A model generated the notes under the pieces. That model worked only from the letters and a program-made list of their open reading frames with translations. It searched no databases and was not told the origin of the DNA. From positions 5,353,957 to 5,417,956 of the forward strand of contig MU053881.1 in assembly GCA_013239625.1 (NCBI GenBank): a DNA stretch of 64,000 nt, in the 5' to 3' direction. The position numbers and the translations under genes were made by a program. The stretch comes from Lama guanicoe. Its lineage: Eukaryota. This document shows, in pieces, positions 40,101 through 52,110 of the stretch; positions within the stretch are counted from its first letter, which is position 1; the number at the start of each line of letters is the position of its first letter.

Positions 40101-41217
40101 GCCCTGTGGACAAGGAGCGGTGAGAGCGTAGCCCCAAACCAGAGCATCTTATCTGCCGCCAACACTGCAGGCACTTGTATTTGGGCTCCATTCCAAGCAT
40201 TCACTTCAATAAAAAGATTGAAAAAAAGAAAAATTGGCAGCTGGCCACCCCCAGGGTGTCACCTGCTGTGGCGCCTGAGCTTGGTAGTTGCGATGCTGAC
40301 TCGGGACGGGAAAGCTCTGGTCTGGGGCCAGGAGAGCAGAGGCCTGGCCTTGGGGACTTCAGAGGCTGGAGGAGCTGGGATTGAAACTGCAGTCCCCGGC
40401 TTCCCAACTGCGTGACCTCGGGTGTGGCATGGCGCTGCTCTAAGCCTGGGTTTCCACCTCCACCTTCCTGCCAGGGAGTGTGTGCTGATTGACGTGATAC
40501 TGGTAAAGCGTGCTGTACAGAGCGAGCGGGGAGCGGGCATGTTCCCCAGCGTGGCCGCTGATTTTATCTCAGGCCCCCTGCTCGCCTTGGTCTTGCCTCA
40601 CTCTGACATCCTGGGTCTCAAAGGCGTCATGACATGGGGCAACATTTCTCCAGGATTAAACCTAATGTACTGTTTTTAAAATAAATATGTGTTCCTCAGC
40701 ACTTCTGGCGGCGATGCTGCTTTGGGGTGCTGGGAAATCAAGCACACTGTAGGGCGTGGCAGTTCCAAAGAGAGGTTGGAAGTGCTGACCTACATAAGCC
40801 AGATGTTGGGGTAGACAGCTGGGGAGAGCCGACAGATCGGATCTGAAGGGAGTGCATGGTCTCCATAGGGAACAGCAGACTCATGTTTCCCATTAGTTAA
40901 ACCAGTGGAGCCCTCCCAGCTGCCTCTGCCTTCTCCGCGCTCTCTCCCTCTCCCTTCCACCCTGCTCCCTTTCTCTCCCTCCCAGCCTCCCACCTCACCA
41001 GGCTGTGCTCCTCCACCTTAAGCCAGGGCAGCACATTTCCAGCCACGTGCGTCTGGAGCCCAGCCAATCCTTACCCGTCTGTTCCCAGGAACCACCAACC
41101 CAGAAACTCAACCAGTGTGGACGCTTTACTGGGCGGTGAGGGGGAGGTCACATTTACCTTTGAAAGGTGGTTTCTTAAAGCAGGGTTTGTAGACTTGCAT
41201 GCAGCCTCAGGCATATT

Positions 41218-41240
41218 CCCCCCCCCCCCCCCCCCCCCCC
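41218..41240. repeat. C23 homopolymer
   Basis: 23 consecutive C. Confidence 0.9.
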
Positions 41241-44212
41241 AAACTAACACTGCCGCTCGATTTCAGGGCTGCGCGTGTTGTGTTTAATGAAGGCTGCTTT
41301 GGCTGGGATGCAGGGCAGCGTTAGTTATCCCGCGCTAGGGGCTTCCTGCAGACACTAGGTAGCCTGTGAGCAGAAGCCGGAGCCCCTCAGTGTGCTGCGT
41401 GAGAGTCCGAGTTTCCCCTCCCTGCATCTGAAAAGGGCTCTAAGAAGCCGCATTCTGAAGTGGTGCTCCCGCATCCTCAGCACCTCCCAAGAGGAGCCCC
41501 ATTCCAGCTCTCCTCCCTGCTTGCTGTGTGGCCTTGGCAAGTCCCTTCCCCTCTCTGACCTCACAACCCCCACTATAAAATGAGGGATGGTCTAGAGCTG
41601 GGTTTTCAAATATTTTAAAGTCTTGGAACCCCCCGCTGTTGGCCTGAAGTGGGCAAAGGAAGACTGTGGGCAGTGGAGGAGCCCAGACTCTGTCTGAAGG
41701 CTCCACTGATGGCTGCCTTGTGGCAGTGTGGACCCACGAGGTCTGGTGATGGGGCGTGCACGCTGAGTTACACCCTCTTCCATATATAGAAGAGCTAAAA
41801 GTGGCACTGCCTAGTGGAAACCAGGGTGGAGAGCCCAGAGACCCACCCACCCCACCAGGATCTTGGGACTTCTTACAGGCAAGGTTGACCGCTGGCCTAA
41901 TCATCTAAGAACTCTCCAGATTTTAAAGCCTTCTAGGCAAGTTATTGTGCAGGAGGTCCAGAGGGACATGAGGAACTTGCAAGGAAATTTGGATACTCTC
42001 ATGCAAGTGGAAAGAGTCTGCGGCTGAGAGTGTAACTCTTAGCAAGTCGCTGCACCTCTCGGTCCCTCTCAATCCCCATTTGTAAAATGGAGAGGATGCG
42101 CTAGACCAGGAATGTTTGCTGCATACATCATACCAGCCCCTGGTGCCCGTGGCAGACATGACTAATGGAGCACAGAGCTCTGTCTTGCCTATGTTCCTTT
42201 CTCACAGCCTTTGTAGGAAAACAGCGCCAACCAGCTCTGTCTCACTGGTGCCCTCTCTTTAGATGTTTTCTTTGGTCTCTCAGGGCATTCCAGGCTCCTC
42301 ACCAGGTCACTGTAGAGCCAGGAGAGGGCTTCCAACTTGAGAGATGTGGGTTCATTGGCCTATAAACAACGGAGGTCCAGATAGTGAGAAAGGCAAGAAA
42401 TTCCACCAAAACAGTGCGCCCTCATCCTTAATCATCCTGCCGGCACCGTCACAATGTCTTGCACATGCACAAACCGCCCTGCACTATGTGTTCTTAATTC
42501 AGTATTGTTCTTCAAATTGACTCACTTTTTTACTTAAATTATTTTTAAAGGGAAACTTTAGCTGTTCACCGTAAATGGAAAACCAGCAGCACTTGCTAGA
42601 AATAGAAGGAAACTAAATACAAAGGAAAAAGAAAATCAGTGTGTTAAAGTTCTTCCTGGCAAGTACTGCCTGCCCTGAGGTCCTCTGTCCCTTCTTCAGG
42701 AAATGAGACCAGCAAGTGTTGGAGGAGGTGTTAAAAAGCCAATATTGCCAACTTTCTGAGCCAATCTGGGCGGGAAAAGAATGGCAGAGACGAACTTTTT
42801 CACTCTTGGGATTCCCTGCGGTTGAGTGCCGAGTTCTGAGTCACCCAAAACCAACTGGTGTGCACCTTGAGACACAGGGATCTAAGGAAAGACTGGCGCT
42901 TTGAAAAGCACTTGGACCAGACCCTTCCCTATCCCCACCCCAACCCTCCCCCAAAACCAAACCTCTGGCCACTGCAACCCAGATCAAAATGTGATCGCTT
43001 GTCATGTGACCAGTGCAGAAGCCCCACCCCGTCTAACTGATATCAGCGGGGAATTTCAGCTGGCTTGTTTGCCAACCCTAGAAACAGCACCATGTAGGTT
43101 CTCAAAGCCAACTGAGATTGGAGAACATTCCCCCGTGCCTCAGAGATTTTATTCATGGGGCAAAAACACCTTCTCATGTTTTCGTGTTCACATGATGAAA
43201 GCATATGAGATCACAGCGCTTTTGAGATGGGGCCACAGCTGTTTCATATCCTCCTGCCCTGGGGACGGGGTATCAGTGGAGTTCTGGGGCTTTTTCAAGA
43301 GCTGTGGCCGTGAGCAGCGGTCTGGGCCAATAGGTCTGCAGGGGCAGGGCCTGTCAGTTAAGCTGAGCTCACCGGGGCACCCTCCCGTTTCTGTCCCACT
43401 GCTTATCTCTGCCCTGGCCTGGCTCCAGTCTTTCAAGGGCCTCTAAGCTTTGTGCTGGTTTAAATCTTTATGCATGGATGAACCGACCTCTTGGCTATTG
43501 TCACTTAGAAATGGAACACAAGTTTGTATGTGCTTTAATAGGGCCCCTCCAGGCACTGGGAGCCCCCACCCCGCTGGGCTGAGTTGGACCCACCAGGGGC
43601 GGTGACTGTGGAGGAGTTAGGAAGCATTTATGGAACATTCTCCCCCAAGTCCCAGCCATGAGCAGAGATTCTAACCAACAGGGATTCCATTTCTGGGGCT
43701 TTAGAAAAAGAGCTCCTTCACTCTTTGCCCGTGAAGTCTGAAGGACGAGCATCTTTAGCCCCAGTTTTCAGAGAGCACAGAGGCTCAAAGAGGCAAAGGA
43801 CTTACCCAAACTCAGAGTGAGGTCAGGGCTGAGACCTCCTCTCCCGACTCCCAGCTTCCTCCCACCCCCGCACGCCCTCCTCTGCCATCGGCTGTGCGTC
43901 AGTCCCAGTAGGAGCTCCGTGATCTGGAAGGATGTTCCGGAGAAATGGCCCTAGGACTGAGCCAGGGTAGATGCTTGCCTTGGGGTTCAAGGCAAGAAAG
44001 AGCACCAGCTTTTTCTTTTTTTTTTTTTTTTTTGCTTCTAAAAGAAAGTGCATGATAGAAAATCTGGAGAATACAAGAAAGCTTCAAGAAGAGAATTTTT
44101 TTAAGTCCTGCATATTCCAATCCAGAGCAAACCATATGTCTGTGTGTGCGTGCGTGCATGTGTGTATCTATCATTGGTTTACATACATAGCCACACATGT
44201 TTATGTACAATA

Positions 44213-44790
44213 TAGTCAGTCCACATCATTCCTGATTCTGTATTTGGGAATCTGCCTACTTGCTAAAATTTATTTCTTATCCTCCATCAGTACTTGAAGC
44301 TTTTTTGCAGATGTGCGTGGCAGTAAAAAATGCGTGTTCGCAGCTGAGGTTGAACGAGGTGACCTCTGCCTTCTTGTTCCAGCTCTTAGACGCTAGACAA
44401 GTGTCTTTTTCATGGTCTGTTTAGTGCCACACTTTCTTTACATTGTTGTGCTTTTTCTTGGCCATTTTGCTGTTTAAAGTGGCCTCCAGCGTCTAGTGTT
44501 CCAGAGCTCAGGAAAGGCTGTCATGTGCTTATTGGAGAAACTATGGGTGTTAGGTAAGCATCGTTGAAACAGGAGTGATGGTGCTGCTGGCCGTGAGTTC
44601 AAGGTTACTGAATCAGTAATACACATTAAATAGGATGTCTTTAAACAGAAACGTACAACAAGGCTGTGTATTGATAGGTGGATGAGAATTGTGAGCAGAG
44701 GCTCGCAGGACCCCAACCCTCCTTTCCCCCTGGAGCTGTGGTTGTGTATTCTCGAAGTCCGCGTTCACAAGCACTGTACCCACAAATGAT
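44213..44790. mobile_element. MER44/Tigger7-like DNA transposon
   Basis: ctgcctacttgctaaaatttattt; cagctgaggttgaacgaggtgac; ggccgtgagttcaa; gaggctcgcagga match the recalled consensus. Confidence 0.7.
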
Positions 44791-47700
44791 GTCTACACGT
44801 GCACACACGTACATGTATATACAGTATACCTGATTTCTTTGAGATTGAGATTACTTTTAGCCTGTCCTTTACCTAAGAGAATACCTGAATGTCCCAGTGT
44901 AAAATCACAGGATTCTTTAGTTGCACACAAATGGACTTCATGTCAGGCGGGGGATTCACTGGAAGGCCAGTCCCCTGTGGTGTGCATCCTAGAGGCCATG
45001 GCTGGGCGGGCCCTGGAGGCAGGGTCCTGAGTGTGGGCAGGAGCCCAGCGGGGCTCTCCCTGCGCCTCCACTCTGCTGTCCTTTGTCCATCCCTCTCTGC
45101 AGGCCAGATGTCTGTCACGGACCGTGGAGGTGGCTCGGGCTGCAGCCATCCTCCCGGATGGAGCTGACATGTTCAGGTCTGGCTCCAAGTTCCTGAGAGA
45201 CCAGCCATCCCTGAGCCCATCAGCTGTGGCCGTGAGACGGGATGGGTGGTACTTCTCATGTACAGGGTCTGCAGATGGACTCTCAGCATCTGCCAGGGGG
45301 CTTTTTTTCTTTTCTGTGTCCTAAAAGCATTCTGAGTGGAAGAAAAGTGACTTCCGGAGGCCCCAGGATGGGAGTTATTGTGGCCCAGACCGCAGGATAC
45401 CTAATGCCACCCATGAGCAGGGGTGGGTTTCGTCCTCTCTGTGGCCACTTCTGGCAAGTCGGATTGACCTGGGACTCCCTGGGACGGCTCTCACCCTTGG
45501 TAGAGGTGGGAAGGCCAGTGCCACTGAAGCCCTGGTACCAAGCAGGTGTCACTCACAGGTGTGTCACCCAGCATCTGGACCAGACACGGAGCTCCCCTCT
45601 GCTCAGGCTGAGGCCCAGGGGTTGGAGTGGGAGGTGTCAGGGTCTTCCCCCCAGACACCAGCCAGGAGGGGCAGGGCACTGGCTCATCCAGAAGCTAGGA
45701 GACCTGGGACCCAGGCTCAGGTGGGCTGGGCCTGTGCTTCTGGCCATGGAGGGGGAGGGGCAGTCTCTCTGCACCACCAGGGGGCCCAGAGAAGCCGGTG
45801 GAAGAGGCAGGGCCCTGGGGAGGTGGGGACTGGAGGGAGGGCTGTGGGAGGCTGCCCTGTAGAGGAAGTGAGCAGCGACGAGGTCCCCTTGGCTGTATGT
45901 TCCTGTGTTTAGCTCATGGTGACAATGACGATAAGGATCGTTTCTCTGTATGGAACATTGACTGTGTGCCAGCCCCATGCCGCGCTCTCTCCATGCATTT
46001 TCTCATTGAATCATCACCCCAACTCTGAGGTCGATACTCTTATGATCTCTGTTTCTTACAGAGAAGGAAGCTGAGTCAGAGAGGTAAAGCCACTTTCCCA
46101 AGATCACAGTTAGTCAAGGTGGAAACAGAGGGTGAATCCAGGCCCTGTTAAGCCCTGAACTCATCAGCCTCCCAGCAGGAGCTAAGGAAGAGATAGAAAA
46201 AACAAGCAGGCCTCTCCCGTGTCCAGCTGTGGCCCAGCTGCTGGGCGGGGGCGTGATGCCCCAGTGCAGCGAGGCTGTCAGGGTTAGACGGAAACTAGGT
46301 CATGTCCTTGTTCTGCACGGTGTGGTCTGTGACCTCAGGCAAGTCTCTGTACTTCTGAGCCTCCATCCTTCACCAGGAAACATGGGAAGTATTAGTTTGG
46401 GGATCTGGGGGAGACCGAGGTCCAGCCCCCTGTCCACCTGGACCCCAGGCACCCTGGCTTGGCTCAGCCCCACCCCACAGCCTGCCCCTCATCACCAGTT
46501 CACCTCCTCGCTGACTTAGAGGAAGTGAAGAAATCCGGGGCTTCTGGCTCTGGTGATGCTGAGAACCCGGGGAAAACCCGGGCCTGAGGAGGCTAGACTT
46601 TCTAAATCACGCAGGCCCTGCTGCTAAGGTTGTGTAAGAAGGGTCTGTGACGGCGGCTAGTTCCCGCTGAGGGCCTCCTGTGGGGAGCAGGAGGAAAACG
46701 CCCCCGTGGCCCTCAGACACCAGTGTGGTCTCAGCTTCCTCATTCCCAGAGGGAAGGAGTCCCAGCTGCTCCTGGTAGGGAGGCTGGGCCAAGGGGTCGT
46801 GGTGAGGCAGCCCGGAGGCCAGAGAGGACAGGCCATCGGGTGGGATGACCTGAGGGACTCCGCCAGCCTCCCTTCCCGCAGACCATAGACAAGCCTCGGA
46901 CAGACACTCCTCCTGTCTGTGAGGGCTTGACCTCCTGGTGTCTCCATTTCTTCCTCACTTTTTCACAAAGTATAGATTTTCTGTTGTGCTCAGCGCTGGG
47001 CATACAGCACTCGGTGAACAAGACAGGCATGGTCCCTGCCTTCACTTACAACTTAGAACCTGATGGGAAAGCAGACACTTCACAGTTTTAGTAAAGTGTA
47101 ATTCATGGGGTGTAATTGGGGAGTGGGTGCCAAGGAGACTCAACCTAATATTGGTGGGGTGGGAGCAGTCAGGGAGGGCTTTCTGGAGGAGGTCGCATTT
47201 GAGCTATGCCCTGTGAGTAGACTTGCAGACATCCCACATTCTGGATTTGTCCGATGGTTTCCTTATGGCGTCATTTAGCTTGTTCCTCTACCTCCTCTAT
47301 TTTCTATGAATTGGAACTTAGGTCCAGAGGCTTGAGATTCAGGTTCAATATTTTGGTGACAATTTTTGACAGAAGGAAAAGACTGATTCTGCCCAGCTCA
47401 TGTGTGCCAGGCATTGGACAGGGCCCTGTGTACGTTAGTTATTGCTGTGAATCCTCAAGAGGTATTACTGTCCCCATTTTAGAGAGGACATTGCAGCCAG
47501 AGAGATTGGTACCTTGTGTGTCTCACCCAACAGCAGGGCTGGCATTTGAACCCAGTGCGTGGGCTCTTCCACCAGCCCCCAAACCCTGGGCAAGGCCACA
47601 GCCCTACATTAGGACAATTCTCATTAAAAAGATCTGTGCCTAAAAATGCAGGCATCAAATTGTGTTCAGAGGTTGATTCCAATAAACCAATTAGATCTGC

Positions 47701-50700
47701 CGCAGAGGCCTTGTACCACAGGGACAGAACTTTAAAAATTGTAAACAGGAGATCAAGAGTGAATTGTGTAAGCAAAAAAATTTTTTTCCATTTATGGGTG
47801 TATGCTTTGGGTTGGTTTTTAAATCTGATGATCTTTCTTTTTAATTTCTTTTTCTTGTTTCTTAATCCACATTGACGTTGTCCTTGACAGATAGTCATCC
47901 AAACTTGGCTTAAATATGCCCCAGGGTGGGGACCTTTGGTAAGGTGTTTTCTGGGCCTCTGTTTACCCATCTGGAAGATAGGGCCATCAGATTGGCTGAC
48001 TTCGGTGATTCCTTTCAGATGGGGAAGAGCCCCCTTACTGGTTTCCCAGCCCCTTTTCAAACCATCTTCCACACAGCAGCCAGAGGTATATAGATGAATA
48101 TTTTTAAAAAACATGTATTAAATGATGTCACACGTCCCCCCTCCCCAAAACTTCAATAGACTAAAATCCCTCACTGGTGCCCTGCACGCCCCGTAAGGCC
48201 CGTGTGTTGCAGCCGCTGCCTGCCGCCCAGCCACATCCCCTTCCTCCCCCAGCCCTGTCCTGCTATAATGGTCTTCCTGTTCCTCAGACATGCCAAGCAT
48301 TTTCCAGCCTGCGGGTCTTCATTTGCACTTTTCTTTCTGCCTGGAATACACTTTGCTCAGCTCTCTCCCGGCCAGCTCCTCATCCTTCAGGCCTCCATTC
48401 AAAGGCTGCTTCCTCAGATGGGCCTCTCCTTCCAAGAACCCCTGCACCCACCAGTCCCATCATGTACTGTCACTGCAGGCTTTGGGGTCCTTCCTGACAC
48501 TGACTGTGACTGCTAAGCGTGTCTCCTTGTCTGCTGGTTCGTTGCCCATCTTCCTCCTCGCCAAGGGCAGAGACTGCAGCTGTCCTGCTCCTCATTGCAA
48601 CCCAGCGTCTAGCAGGCGTCCTAGCACACGAGAGGCACTGAATAAATGTTGTAGAGTGAATGAGTGAATAAATGAATGGGATCCTTTCAAAATCTCCACG
48701 CTGGGGTCTTGGTGAAGCAGAATTGGTGTCTTCTTTTTAATAAGACTAATGACTATTCAGATGGCTTTGGAGACAGCTCTTTTTGTCAGAATATCACTTT
48801 TCCAAGGAGACTTAGCCTCCCAGAGGATGCCTTGACCTGTTCTTTGTCTTCATGAGGTACCCAGGACCAGGGGGCACAAACAAGGGAAAGAGGGATGCTG
48901 GGTTGCCCAAATCCCTGGTGTTGAAATAGTGTCTTTATGAACAGGGGCTGGGTAGGTAAGCATTGGAGAATCAGGTTTCTTGAACTTCTCCTCTCTGCCT
49001 CCGATCTCAGAACTCTGCCTGTGATAATCATCACAGTTCTGTGCAAGATGAATTTGATGTTCCCATTTTACAGAGGGAAACTGAGGCCGCGAGGGTTGGG
49101 AAATTGTGTGAGCATAAAGCCCAAGTTCCTCCCTCCCTGCCGACCTTCACTGAAACGAAATCCACGTTGGATTTGGAGAAGTCGTTCCCGGTAAACCCCT
49201 TAGTTGGGCGTTCAAGGGCACCGCCCATCTCGTCCTTGTCATCTCTTCTCACCTGGAGAAGCTTCTCCCATAAGTCCCTGATGTTCACAGTGGGCTCTGG
49301 CTCCAGCCCCCCGGAGCTGCTCCTCTTTTTTCTGTTTTAAATGACAGTATCCTAGCAAGAACTCATTTGGAAGGAGACTCTCTCCAAAACCACTTCGGAA
49401 ACCACTGCCAGGTGTGGTTCCCGATACTCCCCAAGTGGTCTTGGCTCCACCAGCATCCCCCACCGCCCACCGTCTCTTCCTTCCTCTCATGCTGTCTAGG
49501 TCTGCACGGCCTTCAAGGTCACCATGATGACCAAAAAACTTCAGAGATCTCTCTTCCGCCTCCCCGCTTCCTGCATCAGTCGGGACTAAATTATATGTGT
49601 CAGAAACCCAACTTAAACTGGCTTCAAAAATAATCCCAGAGTGTGGATGTGGCCCCGGGTTTACTGGCTCAGGAAACTGGACAGATCAGGTGTAGACTGA
49701 ACGAGCTACAGACAGAGCTGGGCCTAAAAGGATCGGGCTGTGTCATCTGAATCTACTGATACTGGCCTTATTCTCAGGCAGGCTCCTCTTAAGGGATGAT
49801 GTGATGGCCTCCGGCAGCTCCAGGTCCCTGTCCTTACAGCCTGGCAACCTCAAAGAAAAGAGAGCTTGTCTTTCTCAAGGGCGGGAGCAGAAGCCCCAGG
49901 GCTGACTCGTGCTGGCTCTGATTGGCCCGGTGCAGGTCATGTGCTTCCTCCTCAACCAATCACCACGGACAGTGGCATCCACCTTGGTGTCTAAGGGACT
50001 GTGCTGAGGTGGGGAAGGAGGCTCCCAGGAGAAAAGTCAGGGTGCTCTGGTTGAAAGAAAGTTTAATCAGTATTGGGCAGAAATAACAGATGTCCCCTGA
50101 CCATGTGTTATTTTCATTTATACACATGTTGGCTCTCCAGCTCACCCTCCACTCAGGGGACGCACCCTGCCTGTGTACCCCATGGCCTCTAACAGCACCT
50201 AGCCCTTGGTGTTCATACAGCATTTCTCTGTTTCCAAACAGTGTTCACATATATATGTTCGAAGCATCAAAATGACCCTGTAACCACAGGTAATTTGTGC
50301 AAGTCAGGAATGGGAGCAAGTCACCCCTTATCCCTTGAGTTTCCAGGCATGTCCGGAGCCACCAGAGTCCCCAGCCAGGTGCCTCTGACCTCCTGCGGCC
50401 ACCTCAGTTTGCCCGAATTTGTCATCAATGTATTATTTTCTGTGTGTGCTGTGACTTGTCACAGAGGTTGGAAATGTGGCCCTGTGGTGTATAAAGTGGT
50501 TCCCCATCCTCCATCTTATCGGATCTTCACTCTGTCCTGGGAGGCAGTGGAAACCGATGCTGTTGGCCCAGTTATAGGTGGGGAAACTGACACTCAGAGG
50601 GAGAAAATGACTCTGCCTGGGCCTTAACTGGAGGAAATGGCATGATAGATTCGCTTATGAGAAATATGAGAGAACTAAGAGCTAAGTTGCCGGGACTTCT

Positions 50701-51073
50701 GACAAAAGTCAAAGTTTTAAGAATGACGCTGACAAAATAGCCATGGCTCTCAGAATTGAAAGGAGAGCAAGAAATCCTGAAAAGAATAGCGTCTCTTGAC
50801 ATAAGCAAGGTGCTAACGCTTTCCCGTACTTGATTTCATGTAATCCTTTGCACAGCTCTCAGAGGTGGGGGGTTATTATACCCATTTCAGTGAGGAGGAA
50901 GCTGAGGCTCAGAGAGAGCAAGTAACTTGTCCAAAGCCATACAGCTGGTCAGGGGTGGAGCCGAGATTCAGACCCAGGTCTTTCTAACTCAGAACCCTGT
51001 GCTTCGCTCTTGAGTCTGGCAGCTGGGAAGGCCCTCTTGGTGTAACACCTGTCTCCTCCATCCCTCTCTGCAG

Positions 51074-51154
51074 GTCTATATCATCAGGGTCACGTGGTCC
51101 AGCGGCACCACCGAGGCCATTTATCGGCGCTACAGCAAGTTCTTCGACCTCCAG
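51074..51154 (+). CDS. SH3PXD2B: SH3PXD2B coding exon 2 (aa 26-52, PX domain)
   Basis: Pyrimidine tract plus ctgcag| acceptor; 81 nt encoding [27 protein letters not shown] with the PX-domain RRYSxF motif; donor CAG|gtaagt. Continues exon 1 in frame. Confidence 0.97.
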
Positions 51155-51300
51155 GTAAGTCTTTGGGGTCTCTGGTAAGCTGTAGGGTGGGGAAGAGTTT
51201 GTTTGGACTTCCTTTCCATTTTGACTTCCGAGCTAGAACCTCAGCCACAGTGCATGCACAGTGTTGTTGTTTATTTCCTAGACTTAAAAATGACGCCCAT

Positions 51301-51418
51301 GGGCTCACCTCAGCAGCACACATACTAAAGTTGGAATGATACAGAGATTAGCCTGGCCCCTGTGCAGGGATGACACACAAATCTGTGCAGCCTTCCATAT
51401 TTAAAAAAAAAAAAAAAA
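51301..51418 (+). pseudogene. Full-length poly(A)-tailed U6 snRNA retrocopy in intron 2
   Basis: gGGCTCacctCAGCAGCACAcATACTAAAgTTGGAAtGATACAGAGATTAGCcTGGCCCCTG...TTCCATATTT followed by A16. Degenerate TSD aaaaatgacgcccat / aaaaaggtgcccat; TT/AAAA at the 5' flank. Confidence 0.93.
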
Positions 51419-52075
51419 GGTGCCCATCACTTTGGGGACATAAGTCATGTGCTATATTGCTTTATGCTCTGATATTCAATATTTTCCAAATAAAAGAAAG
51501 GCTCCTATTGACTGCGCTAGAATGGAGGCCAAACTGGAAACCGTTTCTGTTCGGGTTTGGAATATGGATCTTGACCTTGTATTGTAAACAGTCATCATGT
51601 GTGCTGGTGGGTTCAGTTGCTGAAGGTGTTCGGACCTCATGGGGCCATTTTGCTCTGAAGACAGACCCACGTCTGTTCCCTCCCCTCGGCCTCCTCTCCT
51701 TGTCAGTCTCCTCACTCGGCTCCGAAAATGCCTGCCCTGCTCCGAGGGCTCCTCTCCTGTGATGCCTTTGAATTTGCCGTTCCTCTCCCGGAACACCTCC
51801 TGCGCCGTCTAGCCCCTTGGTTGGCTCGCGTAACTCCTGCTATCCTTGGAGACTCTTATCCCCTGGGGAGGCTGGTCTGACTTCGTTCCCTGGTCAGCAA
51901 GGACCACTTCTTTTGCCTCTGCACAGCTCTGCATCCCTCTGTCCTGACTCTAGATTGAAGTTGTCTGCTTGTCTGTCTCCCCCACTAAACTGTGACTCTT
52001 GTGGACAGGAACCATCTGCATTATCCTCTCTTTCCTTAATGTTTCATGCAAGGACACTGTGTATCCAGTGTTTGG

Positions 52076-52110
52076 TGAATGAATGAATGAATGAATGAAT
52101 GAATGAATGA
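52076..52110 (+). repeat. (GAAT)n microsatellite, tail of an L2 element
   Basis: About 8 perfect GAAT units after L2-like sequence. Confidence 0.85.

Noticed and set aside
45242-48114. ORFs of 206 aa (45242-45862) and 211 aa (47479-48114, minus strand)
   Set aside because: No recognisable domain; intronic and overlapping MIR/L2-like sequence; composition typical of chance ORFs.
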